Part shown: positions 35,954 through 48,790 of the stretch, one piece after another
How positions within the stretch are numbered: the first letter of the stretch is position 1
How the letters are laid out: the number at the start of each line of letters is the position of its first letter
From: Octopus sinensis
Taxonomy: Eukaryota
Reading direction: 5' to 3'
Length of the DNA stretch: 64,000 bases
Assembly: GCF_006345805.1 (NCBI RefSeq)
Contig: NC_043013.1
Span: 32,426,001-32,490,000 of the forward strand
Translations under genes and position numbers: made by a program
Notes under the pieces: model-generated
What the model was told of the DNA's origin: nothing
The model's database searches: none
What the model saw: only the letters and a program-made list of their open reading frames with translations

Positions 35954-36746
35954 TGTGTGTGTGTGTTTGTGTGTATACCAATATATATGTTTATATTTAT
36001 ATATAATAGATAATAAATAATATATACATACACACTGCATATATGGGTACAGGACGTCACCAACGGTGAAAATAACTTGGAATACGTAAACAACGAGAAA
36101 ATAGAAAACAGGACATACAAACTCCTGTTATCAACTTTGTTGCGCCTAACCCCGCTTCCCCCAGTTCCTGCTCTAATCACTACGCTCAGTCTCTTCCTTC
36201 CAAACAACATCTCTCTTGAGTTCCGTCTTTACTCATGTCTTTCCCGCAGTTGTTGACTCGCAAATGTTCGAGAGGAACATTAACGGAAGGTCCACTAAGA
36301 CCATGGTTTCAGACCCAGCGATAAAAACAAGTAATTAAGTACTCTAACACCAATCAATTTACGAGTACCTAAAATAGAACTGGCCACAGGTTCTAGTTGA
36401 CGAAATCTGCTATATTGTCTCACCAACATTTTAAAAGCGAAATAAATGATACTAACTCTGTGTGTCATAACGATCAAAAATGTATGTTGAAGTGCTTTTA
36501 TAATTAATATTCATGTAGTCGTTATGTTCTACCTTATTTTATCGAGTCATTAAAACACACACGTCAAATTCTCAAAGCCGCATTTACTTGGCCCTACCAT
36601 CTCTGATGACTTACATGATGCTGAGCGTTGCTAATTATCTTAGACCGTATCCAAAAGCTCATCAAACTAATTGGCAGCGACTAATAACATTTAGCAATTG
36701 AGCTAAAACTCTTATTTCACAGCCCCACTCTCTCGCTCTATCTGTC

Positions 36747-36816
<70 letters not shown>

Positions 36817-37886
36817 ATCTGCTACAATAGTTTGTGTTTACCTAAAAACTAGTTACATGCCACCAACGCATCCAAATCCAATATTTTTTTCTCGACATCC
36901 CTGCTATATAACAAATCTTTTATTAACACCCAACGTTTGTTAATCCACTACTCAACCGTTTTGCTGCAAATATTGATCTACAGATGTTAAAAATAAACTT
37001 CAACCATATTGATTACCCCAGTTCGAACATATCTGTAAATGTCATGGGTTCTGACCCCTATTCTCCGACTAACGTATAATAATACGCTTTCCTTTTCCTC
37101 TCCTAGCAGTTTATTTCACTTCAGTGCAGCCTCAGATAGCTTTTGATGATGATACGATCGAGATATTACCGCAACCGAAACGTCACGCTATCAGAAAACG
37201 GAAGTATATTTGCTAGTAGTGAGAGCCGAAGGATCCATTTACTATTCCGAAAGTTCCGGTAATATGAGATCGATATTGAACTCAAACATCTTGTTTGACG
37301 CTCAAACAATTCTACTAAGCCACTTTTCTGAACTAGTATTTTATTTATCGAAACCGAAATAATATAATACAAAGTTGACCTCGCCGGGATTTGAACTCAA
37401 AACGTACAAATAAGTATTGCAAGGCATTCTATCTTTCACTCTAACCACTCTGCCAATTCGCCACCTTAGCACATAGAAAATATATAATACTTACAATTGA
37501 TTTCATACATTAGTTTTCTATATAGTATGTATAATTATATATATATAGAGACCTTCTATCTATAAATGGTCTAATATCTATACAGCCTTGGGTTTTTATC
37601 TCATTACGCAAAACATTCTTATATATATATATATATTATATATATATATATATATCGTCGTTGAATGCTCGAAATGAGGAGTAGATAAACAGCCTACAAC
37701 TGATGAAGGGTCTTTTCTCTGTGTTTACTTGTCCTGTTTTCTATTTTTCTCGTTGTTTACGTATTCCAGGTTATTTTCACCGTTGGTGATGTCCTGTACC
37801 CATATGTGCAGTGTGTATATATATTATTTATTATCTATTATATATAAATATAAACATATATATTGGTATACACACAAACACACACA
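35954..37886. repeat. ~160-bp near-identical inverted repeat pair (35954-36115 and 37730-37886)
   Basis: GGGTACAGGACGTCACCAACGGTGAAAATAAC... is reverse-complemented at ~37770-37800 with few differences. Confidence 0.85.
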
Positions 37887-38642
37887 ACACACACACACAC
37901 ACACACACATACACACATACATATATGTGTGTTAGTATATATGTCATAACGACTTTTGTCGCGGTTATAGATACAACTTTCTGAATTGCATTTGTTACTA
38001 GTGTCTCTGCTACAGTTGTAGTTTTTGTTGTTATTGTTGTTGTTGCTGCTGTTGTTTTTGTTGTTGTTGCTGTTTAGCCCCAGGTCAACCCTGATCGAAC
38101 AAATCTTTGACCAAAAGTACTCTAAACCATGACCATACCGTCTCATCAGGGGTACATTATCTAGCGTCTTTCTCGCCTTGCATAAGACAGTGGATAAGGA
38201 TTTGAGGAATGTATGACTATTACTGCTAACAGTTTAAAACAACTCGAATGGGGATTTTCAATTCTGGAAAGTGTTCCAATCTAAATAGACTGCCAAGAGA
38301 ATCCCTCTTTCAAACCATTTGCTAAAACTGAAGCATTTCAGTGATCACATTATCAAAGAAGCTACTTTGTTCGTTACGAAAGACAACGATTTAAAAGAAA
38401 CAAAACTTACATTAAAAGACCAAACAACATCAAAAGATCCTGGATTACGCGTTGGCAATCACGAAATCGAAATCGAATATATACCATTTCTCCTGGGTCC
38501 AAATCTCGTGACCAGCAAAATACTATTTGCCAATTGGCCTAATCTCATCTAGTCAGGTCTAGTCATGCCTGGACATCAATATCTTCTCGTTAAAAGAAAA
38601 GTTGTCGAAAACAATCTCGTTTATAAGTAAAGAAAAAAAGAG

Positions 38643-38720
<78 letters not shown>

Positions 38721-39214
38721 ACAACAACAACAACAAAAACGACATCTCGTTAAAGAAAATCGCTCAGAAACATACTGAAATAGGTAATTACATTATCGTC
38801 TCCGATGACAAAGATAAGACAAAACAAATGGATTCTTGCCAATTAGCAGGTTATGCTTTTAATTCTGCTCTTATGTAACAACAACAATACCAACAGCAAT
38901 ACCAACAAGAGCATCAACAACAATAACAACAACGGCGGCGATGAGGACGACGACGATGATGATGATAATAATAATAACTAATAATAATAAAAGATGACAT
39001 CAACTTTGTTTCATTTTTGATATTTTGTTTTTATTTATTCTTTCTCGTTGATATTGTTTTCTTTCTGTATTATTATTTTGGTGTGGAGAATAAAAATATT
39101 TTCATAGAAGTTAACGTACATAGAAAAGTATTCCAGAAAATGGTTTGTAGACACAAAAAATGCTAGAAAAGATAACTAATCAAATCCTTCCACCCCTTCG
39201 TCAACTTGCTCCCC

Positions 39215-40345
39215 CTCAACTCCGGGAAGTCACACTCCTCAGACTTTTCCAGAAAGTCCTTCCTGCCTTTCCACTCCTTCACTTCCTCAGCTCCCCCTCC
39301 TCGAAACTTTCCAGGAAGTAGACCATCCCATCTACTTGGACTTCTCCATGATGTCCTTCCTCTCTGCCTCCCCTCCAATCCCTCCTCACCTTCCTCGGAA
39401 CTTTTCAGGAATAAACCCATCCTCCACCTTGGACATTTCGGGGAATTTCTGACCTTCTATCCATTCCTCCCACACCTCGGATCTTTCCAGTAAGTGGCCT
39501 ATCCCCATCCTTGCACTATCCCTGGAAGTCCTTCCTCCTCCTTGGGACTTTCCAGGAAGTTGCCCATTCCCCTCACTGGAATTTTCCAGGAGGTCCTTCC
39601 TCACCTTCCTTCCCCTCCTCGGAACTTCGGAACTTTCAAGGAGGGGGGTGCAACTTACTGGAACGTTCCAGGATGTGACAGGAAAGGGAGGAGAGGATGG
39701 TAGATCTTCCTGGAAAAAGCCCAAGGAGGGGATAACTTCTTGGAAAGTTCCGAGGAAGAGGAGGGGTAAGGAATGACTTCCTTGAAACGTCAAAGGAGAG
39801 GGATGGGCAACTTCCTGGACAGTACCGAGGAGATGGAGGGAGGGAAGGAAGTGGATGAGAGGAGGAAAGACTTTCTGGAACTATCCAAGAAGTTGCCCAC
39901 ACCACACCTTGGATTTTTCTAGGAAGTGCTTCCGCCCGCTCGTTCCCCTTTTCAGAAGGTTCCAGGAAGTTTCCCATACCTCTCCTTTGATTTTCCAGGA
40001 AGTACATCCTCTCCTCTTCGAAACTTTTCGGGAAGTTGCCCATCTCCTTCTTGGACTTTTCCAGGAAGTATTTCCTCCCCTCCTCGAAACTTTCCAGGAA
40101 GTTGCCTATCCTCTCCTTGCAGTTTTCCAGGAAGTCCTTACTCCTCTTCTCCCTTTCCTCCCCTCCTCAGAAGGTTCCGGGAAGTTGCCCATACATACCC
40201 CTCCTTGGAATTTTCCGGGAAGTACTTCCTCCCCATTCCTCCCCTCCTCGGAACTTTCCAGGAACTTGCCCATCAAGCACTTTTCCAGGAAGTCCTTCCT
40301 CCTCTCCTCCGCTTCCTCCCTCTCCTCGGAACTTTCCAGGAACTT
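39215..40345. repeat. 33-bp-period purine/pyrimidine-asymmetric minisatellite with a TTCCNGGAA core; internal inverted block at ~39640-39885
   Basis: Core GGAA ends at 39968, 40001, 40034, 40067, 40100, 40133. Confidence 0.9.
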
Positions 40346-40622
40346 GACATTCCTTCCTTGGAATGACACAAATGGAAAACAAGACAAATAGTTCATATTC
40401 CATGTAGTCGTACTTCGTATTTTTTGTTGTACACGTTTCATGACGTCCTGTTCCCATATATGCATTTATATATACGTATAGATGTATGTACATACACGTA
40501 TGTATATAAGCATATATATATTTATATCATATATATATATGTATACATATATATACATATGTATACATATATATATACATACATACATACATACATTTGT
40601 TATATGCATATACATACATCGA

Positions 40623-40667
<45 letters not shown>

Positions 40668-41059
40668 TAACACACGCACAAACATATAGCTGCATGTGTG
40701 GCGACAGTATGCCTGCAATGTCATTTTTTAGTTGTTGACAAAAGTTGATGCTTCGCCTTAACGAGCACGTTTGTAGTGAATTTGCTTACCGTAATTGGAA
40801 CGTTCGTTAAACCATTTTTTGCCGGCTCTGCTCTTTGCAGATCCAAATTTCTGTAGATGCATAAGAAATCTACATACAAGATTAGCTACATATTTACACG
40901 CCAATATGTTCAGTCCTACCACAAATGCGCTTAACGAAACACTAACTAAAACCACACAAATAGCGACGTTCCTATATATATATACATATATATATATACA
41001 CACACACACACACACGCGCACACACGCAATCGCACACACAAATATGCTGACGTTTATTT

Positions 41060-41275
41060 GGGCGGTGAGCTGGTAGAATCGTTAGCACATAGAGCAAAAT
41101 GCTTAGAGGCGTTTCGTCCATCCTTACGTTCTTAGTTCGAATTCTGTCGAGTTCATCCTTACGGGGATGGGGGGTCGATAAAATATGTAGCAGTTGAGCA
41201 ATGAGGTCCGCATAATCGATTTATCCCCTACCTTCCCCGAAATTGTTGGCCTTGTGCCAAAATATGAAACCTATA
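41060..41275 (+). mobile_element. SINE family A, tail B, diverged
   Basis: GGCGGTGAGCTGGTAGAATCGTTAGC...GGCCTTGTGCCAAAATATGAAACC. Confidence 0.8.
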
Positions 41276-41369
41276 TAAATCCTTAAATCCTTAAAAATGT
41301 TTTAGCCCGAAGGCCGCGGCCATGCTGGGGCACCACCTATATGTAAACGTTTATTTATAAGTATATCTG

Positions 41370-41700
41370 TGAAGGCACATAGTTCAATGTTTAGAGCATC
41401 GGGCTCACGACCATAACGTAGTGAGTTCGATTCCCGGACCAGGTTGTGTGTTTTCTTGAGCAAGACACTTTATTTCACATTGCTCCAGTTCACTCAGTTG
41501 TGGAAATGAGTTGTGATACCACTGGTACCAAGCTATATCGGCCATTGTCTTTCTCTGGGATAATATCGGTGTCGTGGAGATGGTAGGCTGGTGTGCATAA
41601 GCAATTACTGGTCTTCCATAAACAAACTTGCCTAGATTTAGGCCTCGGAGGATAACTTTCTAGGTGCAATCCCATGGTAATTCATGACAGAAGATCTCCT
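41370..41700 (+). mobile_element. tRNA-derived SINE family D
   Basis: Head GAAGGCACATAGTTCAATGTTTAGAGC...GAGTTCGATTCCCGG followed by TTGAGCAAGACACTTTATTTCACATTGCTCCAG. Confidence 0.7.
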
Positions 41701-41728
41701 CTATGTATATGTAAGCACACACGCACAC

Positions 41729-41788
<60 letters not shown>

Positions 41789-41984
41789 TATATATATATG
41801 GATGTGTGTGTGTGTGTGTTTTTAAATGCGCAATTTATAAAAAAAATAAATGAAATGTTTCGTAATTCGATGTTAATCTTTGGATTTTTCAGTGAAAATA
41901 AATTTCCCGAGTATTAGCTCGCTGGACAGTTACCCGGATGCCCACGGATCTAAGAACCGACTGTTAATTTTTGTATGCTGTTTG

Positions 41985-42500
41985 ACCCTAATATTGTGAC
42001 CTAGGCAGACAGGAGTAATCCAGGCGGCTGAGAATAAAGGTTTTCCGCAGAGTCATCATAACTTCTTGGTATCTTATCCTTTAAGTCTTTAGTATCCATC
42101 TTGCCTATTGTCTGCACTTTGTTGCCATCTTGGTAATATGCACATGAAACGATGCATCATTGCACATACTGATCTCCAAGTCTCTCACTGAGTACATCTC
42201 TGGAATTTCAGAGCCGTCCTGTGCATGCAGTTGGTGATACATTTGTGAGTTGGCAGTCCAGTGCTTGAAATTTTCCAGCATTAAACTGCATTTTTTTTGT
42301 TCCATCCACCTATATATATTGCACTTAAGTCCTGATGCAAGCTTGTGACGTCATCAATGTTCTTTATTACTCGTGATATTTTTGTGTCATCGGCGTAGCT
42401 AGTGACAATGGCTGTCTGCGTAACCATAGGAATATCTAAGAGAGCAACTATAAACAGTAATGGCCTTAAGACGAATCCCTGGATGATTCAATTCAGAATT
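41985..42500 (-). mobile_element. CR1-type LINE RT fragment
   Basis: Minus strand IQGFVLRPLLFIVALLDIP...SYADDTKISRVIKN...ARWILKT*RIR...FILSRLDYSC; related to 26560-27425. Confidence 0.82.
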
Positions 42501-42539
42501 TGTGTTTCCCAAGAAAGGGCACTATTGGTCGCAACTGCC

Positions 42540-42845
42540 TGACTTCCCCTCCTCAAAACTTTCCAGGAAGTTGCCAATCCCACCCCTTGGATTTTTCCAG
42601 GAATTTCTTCCTCCTCCTCTCGGATCTTTCCAGGAAATTGCCCATTCCCCTCCTATGATTTTTTTCCAGGAGGTTCTTCCTCCTCATCCTTCCCATGCTC
42701 AGGACTTTCCAGGAAGTTGCTTATCCCCTCTCCATGGACTTGTCCAGGAAATCCTTACTACCTTCCTCTGAACTTTCCAGGAAGTTGCCCATTCCCTCCT
42801 TGGGCTTTTCCAGAAAGTCCTTCCTCCATTCCTCCCCTTCCTTTT
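42540..42845 (+). repeat. Second locus of the TTCCAGGAA 33-bp minisatellite
   Basis: Same unit as 39215-40345. Confidence 0.88.
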
Positions 42846-43154
42846 TGGTACATTTGGGAGTTGGAGCCTTTTAAAAAATAATGTAACCACTCTCCTAGTT
42901 TATGAGCTATGTCGAGATCTCGTAGCGTGTAAAATATGTTATGATCCACTTTGTTAAAGGCATTTTAGAAACCAAGATATATCACATCGACATTTGAATG
43001 GTTGAGCAACTGCTTCAAAACTCAGACAGATTCGTCCTGGATGGGAACCATGCTGAGTGTCATCTTCATCTACGAGCGTTTTCTTTTGACGATTCGTTCC
43101 ATGACTTTACTGATATGTAGCGTCAGAGAAATAGGCCATGGGCCTGTATTTTTT

Positions 43155-43362
43155 TTTTAAGCTAGGCACAAGGCCCGAAATTTGGGGGGAGGGGACCAGT
43201 CGATGAGATCGACCCCCGTACGCATCTGGTACTTAATTTATCGACTCCGAAAGGTTGAAAGTCAAAGTCGACCTCGGTGGAATTTGAACTCAGAACGTAA
43301 AGGCAGACGAAATACCACTAAATTTCGCCCAGCGTGCTAACGTTTCTGCCAGCTCGCCGCAT
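43155..43362 (-). mobile_element. SINE family A, tail B, full length
   Basis: Reverse-complement head, body and tail B. Confidence 0.9.
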
Positions 43363-43565
43363 TATGGGCCTGTATTTTTTTTTAGCTTATGATCTGCTCT
43401 CGCTTTTATATAGAGAGAGACAAACACCAATTTCTCTTTGTGATCGGGATGAAAAATTGTTAAGATATTTTCTTATCTTGAAACCAATGGTAGCCTTAAT
43501 GCACAAATAAAGAACCTTCATCCACCAATACGGTGAAGAGCACTCCTCATTGTTCGACACTTACG

Positions 43566-43616
<51 letters not shown>

Positions 43617-43724
43617 ATGTATGTAATCTATATATGCATATATGCATACATATATGTACATATATGCATATATTGATATATTGTTTATATTATATGATCG
43701 AACGCCACGCATCCTTTTCCAAGT

Positions 43725-43757
<33 letters not shown>

Positions 43758-43838
43758 TGTGTGTGTGTGTGTAGATATACACACATATATATATATATAT
43801 ATACTTACATACGTGTTTACACACATACATATATACAT

Positions 43839-43884
<46 letters not shown>

Positions 43885-44423
43885 GTACAATCTATTTATT
43901 TAGCATTAGTGGGAAGCATTTTCATCTCTTCTCTCGAAAGTGTCTCTGATCGAAGCATTAAATTTTTTTTTCCCTCTTCCACGTGGCAAAATAATTTATT
44001 TCACATGGCGAACTTTTACTTTCATTCTTTTTGTTATCTTTTAATATTTGCACGCATTACTTTTTTTCTACAGACATCTATTTGCTCATTGAATCGAATA
44101 CGGAATTAATAATACACCAATACGTGCCGTACCGCATATGTGAGTGTCTATACGAGCATAAACATTGACACATAAAAACGAATACGTTTCTTCAACTATT
44201 CCCCCCCCAAAAAAATGATAAATTTGTTTAACCTGAAAGCGTTTGTTTAATTCTCTTGTAAGATTGAATGTTTTTTTTTTTCTCTTATTCGAAATATAGT
44301 TGGGGGGGGGGTCAAGTTCACTGATCATTAACACATTTCGCAAAAAAAACATCACTCTTCACTTCGTTATGGATTTTCTTTCTTCCTTTCCTTCTTTCTT
44401 TCTTTTGTTCTTTCCCTCTCTCT

Positions 44424-44456
<33 letters not shown>

Positions 44457-44509
44457 TTATATATATATATGTGTGTGGTGTTGTTGTATATATATATAAT
44501 ATATAATAT

Positions 44510-44599
<90 letters not shown>

Positions 44600-44634
44600 A
44601 TATATATATATAATATATATATATATAATAGATA

Positions 44635-45582
44635 CAATAAAGGGTGGAATATAATTAATTTAATAAAATTAATCAATTTCACCTAGTAGATTTATCGGTA
44701 TGGAAAAGACCATATTTGGTAAGGGTTATAATAATTATAATTAAGGGTTAAATGCAACAAGTTGCTCAAAACCACATACCGAAAATATTAGAAATAGCAG
44801 CCAAAATTGATCACTATTTCCTCTACTAGTAAAAAGTCTCCACAACACAACAGAAATTTGTAAGCTGTATATGGCAAAAAAGCAGAAATAACGAAATCTC
44901 AGCCTATGGATTAATTATAGACGACTCGTTTCTGGATTAGAACCGAAGGTTCATTTCCTTGTCAATATAATATTTCCTGTGGTTTTGAGCAACTTGTTGC
45001 ATTTAACCCTTAATTATAATTATTATAACCCTTACCAAATATGGTCTTTTCCATACCGATAAATCTACTAGGTGAAATTGAATAATTTTATTAAATTAAT
45101 TATATTCCACCCTTTATTGCATATTGAATACTTTTGCTCCCTTACAAGTTATCTGCGAATTTTTCGTTTCGTTGGTAATGTTTTTGTAGCTCACGTGGTA
45201 AATTTTGGAGGGAAATATGAATTCGCATGTCGGCATAGGTGTAGGAATGCTAGCAGTTCCGTTAGACCGTCCGATGTCGTTGGTCGTATTGGTGTAACGG
45301 GTGAGTTTTTCCCCTAGCATTTCTAGATCTATAGGAAATATTATATTGACAAGGAAATGAACCTTCGGTTCTAATCCAGAAACGAGTCGTCTATAATTAA
45401 TCCATAGGCTGGGATTTCGTTACTTTCTGCCTTTTTTGCCATATACAGCTTACAAATTCTGTTTGTTTGTGGAGACTTTTTACTAGTAGAGGAAATAGTG
45501 ATCAATTTTGGCTGCTATTTCTAATATTTTCGGTATGTGGTTTTGAGCAACTTGTTGCATTTAACCCTTGATTATAATTATA
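44635..45582. repeat. Nested inverted duplications between (TA)n tracts
   Basis: 44635-44776 is the reverse complement of 44978-45119; ~44730-44978 is the reverse complement of 45333-45582. Confidence 0.92.
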
Positions 45583-45640
45583 TATATATAATTATAATTA
45601 TATATACATATATATACATATATATACATATATATATATG

Positions 45641-45714
<74 letters not shown>

Positions 45715-45785
45715 TGTTGTATTTCGGAATGGTCATTTTTTGCCAGTTTGCCAATAAAAAAATCTTGCACAACAAATATATAAAC

Positions 45786-45821
<36 letters not shown>

Positions 45822-45827
<6 letters not shown>

Positions 45828-45958
45828 AGTAAAATTATATTAATGTGTTCGACTGATTAAAATTCTGTTTACTTATTTGTGTATGCATTGTTCAATTAAG
45901 GGGAGTCGCTTGAAACGGTCGTACTGTATCACTTCTTGATAACCTGTTGCTTATTTTG

Positions 45959-46014
<56 letters not shown>

Positions 46015-46150
46015 CAAAATAAGCAACAGGTTATCAAGAAGTGATACAGTACGACCGTTTCAAGCGACTCCCCTTAATTGAACAATGCATGCACAATAAG
46101 TAAACAGAATTTTAATCAGTCGAACACATTAATATAATTTTACTCAAATA
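45822..46150. repeat. ~330-bp palindrome centred on (TA)n
   Basis: Arms 45822-45961 and 46012-46150, two differences seen. Confidence 0.95.
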
Positions 46151-48289
46151 CTCTAATAGAGCAAGAAAATAGAAAAAATCCATGTTGTCGCTATTGTAGC
46201 TAAGAATATACTACACTTCCAAAAAAATGCATAAAGCTTGTTGGGGTCATAGCTTGTAAAGGATTGTGGTTCATTATTTATTAGTATTTTTATTTATTAG
46301 TATTTTTATCAACTACTAAATTTAAGACTAGAGGACTGTGTCTGTTCAGAATAGAGGGCAGGAGTGAGTTGACAGCACATAGCTAGGTAGGGTCATAAAT
46401 ATTGTCAAGATTTTAGGTAGTATAAAGTAACTGTTTGTAAAGGAGGTTGGGTAGGAAAAGACCTCGAATCAAGATGTTAATTACCAGTTTAGGGGGAAAG
46501 ACGCTAATAAAACCTATGATGTTAATATAGAAGAAATGTTATCATGGGGTACTATGGGGGATTATGTATGTATGTATGTACATGGGCATTAAATGCTTAA
46601 CAAGTCTTTCCTAGCACGGGAAGCTTTCATAGGTTAAGGGCTATCATTAACGATAAGTGATGGGTCTCATTAGAGAGAAAAGAAAACAACATTCCTTAGT
46701 TTCAGCAAGACCAAATATTTGGTTAATGTGCTCGGAGTTGGGTGCGATCCGGACTTCCAAGTATAAAGGTCAGGCAGAAGTGGTGAACTACATCACAAGG
46801 GCCTAATCTTCCAGTCTAGTTTCCTTAAAACATCTTGTATGCTGCTTGCTGCTTTTTGTCATTTACCAGAAGAATAGCGCATTCTAAAGACGGTTATTTG
46901 AGGATATGAGCGACGATAGTTTGAGCATCGAGAAGGACTATCTGAACAATGTATCCCAGAAAACCTTCAGACTGGGGATTGATGAGAACTTTTTAAAGTC
47001 TTTGACCTGGACAAACTCTACTGCTGGAGATGCACATAAGTCGACAAAACACTCTTGTGCAAACACATTCAGTGTCTGATATGCATTGCTGATATGTATG
47101 GGCTTTTGTCGAACGGCTGTGTGTGACGGAACTGCTTCTCAACCGAATCTATTGCGAAGCTCAACCTGCAACCTTCCTTTGGCAAAGAAGGGCTGTTAGT
47201 CTTCCTTTGTCCGGTGGCTATAAGGAAAGACGTTTTATGATAGGTTCGAGGATTCCTTAAACAGGCGGGTAAGAGCGAAGTATTGGTTAGCCACGAGATC
47301 TGGACACAGGAGAATTGGTTTGCGTTTTCGAATTCGTGATTGCCAATGTAATCCAGTATCTTTTTTTATCTTTTTTTAATGTAAATAAGTGGCGCTATCC
47401 TCTGGTGTGTTTCACGAAAGGTGAATGAGAATGATGAGATTGACTAGAATAAACGGGATTACTCTGACTATACGATTGTAAACGGTTTGCAGGTAAATGA
47501 GCGAGGACATGAGAAACCAGGGGCTTTGTGTAAAGGTGAACCAATTATCCTAGGTTATAATCCACGCTATCCGTGACTATTTCTTATTGACATTCTATCG
47601 TTACTGGTTGTTGTTTTTAATTATACCACCTCCTTTTTACTCGACCAAAACCCTTACTGTTTACGTATTTCTATCCTGTGAAACACACTGTTAAATCAAA
47701 ATGCATTTTTTTTTACTTAACATAAATTGATTGTTTGCTCTATTGGAATATGGAGTGCAGTTTCAGCGATACTTTAGCTTAGAGGGATGTTGATAACTCT
47801 ACTTAACCATCAGTTTCTTGGCATATTTCGATAGAATAGTAGAATGCTTTTTTCTAGATACAAAAGAATGAGTGTGCTGCATATATCTGATTTTAAATGT
47901 GCTCCTATGTAGTCCAATGTATTATTTTCGCTACCATTTGGATATTTCATATTTGTTCAGTACACAGGTAGCTATGTAATGTACTTCCCATTCAGTGAGC
48001 AGGGTTTGGTTTTGCTCCGGTATTGCATTCTGACCATTGAAGTGAGGTTTTACTATTTTTATAACTTTGGTTGTATTTGGCTACATAAGATATAGTACTA
48101 TCTCGACAATTATAGTTAACCTTACCATTTAACGTATTGGAGAGTTTATAATACATGATTCAGGGAAATATTTTCTATTTAGGGAAAGAATATAAATGCT
48201 TTTACTTTATTCTATGCTAATGATATAAAAGTTGGGTGGATTTAAGGACAGGGAATTACCAGCTATATCTAAACTGGCCATCACTTTTT

Positions 48290-48790
48290 CTCTCTCTAAG
48301 TAGAGGAAGGAATTCCTGGAAAAGTCCGAGGCAGGGGACTTCCTGGAAAATTACTAGGAAGGGAGCTTGGGGGAAGGGGAGGAAAAAGGATGAGGAACAG
48401 GGGATGAAAATGAGTATGGGGAGGAGGGGAAGGAGGGGGAGAATAAGGGAGAAGAAGGGGAGGAAGTAGAAGAAGGACTTCCTGGAAAAGTACATGGAGG
48501 GGTGGAATTAATTCCAGGTAGAGGAGGAATTATTTCCAGATACGAGAGGAAGGGGAGAAATTAGTTCCGGGTGAGGGAGAAAGGAGGGGAATTACTTCAT
48601 GGTAGGGAATTATTTCCGGGTAGTTCCTCTTCTACCCAGAAGTAATTCCTTCCCTTCCTCCCCTACCCGGAAGTAGTTCCTCTCCTTCCTTCCCTACCCG
48701 AAAGTAATTTCTCCCCCATGCGGAAGAAATTCCTCAGCTTCCTTCCGTACCCGGATTTAATTCACACTTCCTCTCCCTCCTCGAAACTCT
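48290..48790. repeat. Third locus of the TTCCAGGAA minisatellite (minus orientation) joined to a fold-back array of related subrepeats
   Basis: TTCCTGGAAAAG units at 48290-48500; GGAATTA(T/C)TTCCGGGTAG-type units at 48505-48610 are mirrored by CTACCCGGAAGTA(A/G)TTCC-type units at 48615-48790. Confidence 0.75.

Noticed and set aside
37690-37730. CTGATGA as a possible hammerhead core
   Set aside because: No stem II closed by GAAA downstream, and the upstream GAAA does not give a consistent permuted fold.
39163-40465. Pro/Ser-rich ORFs with repeated RNFPGS or FQEV
   Set aside because: The 33-bp repeat unit is a multiple of three and yields open frames on both strands; this is not evidence of coding.
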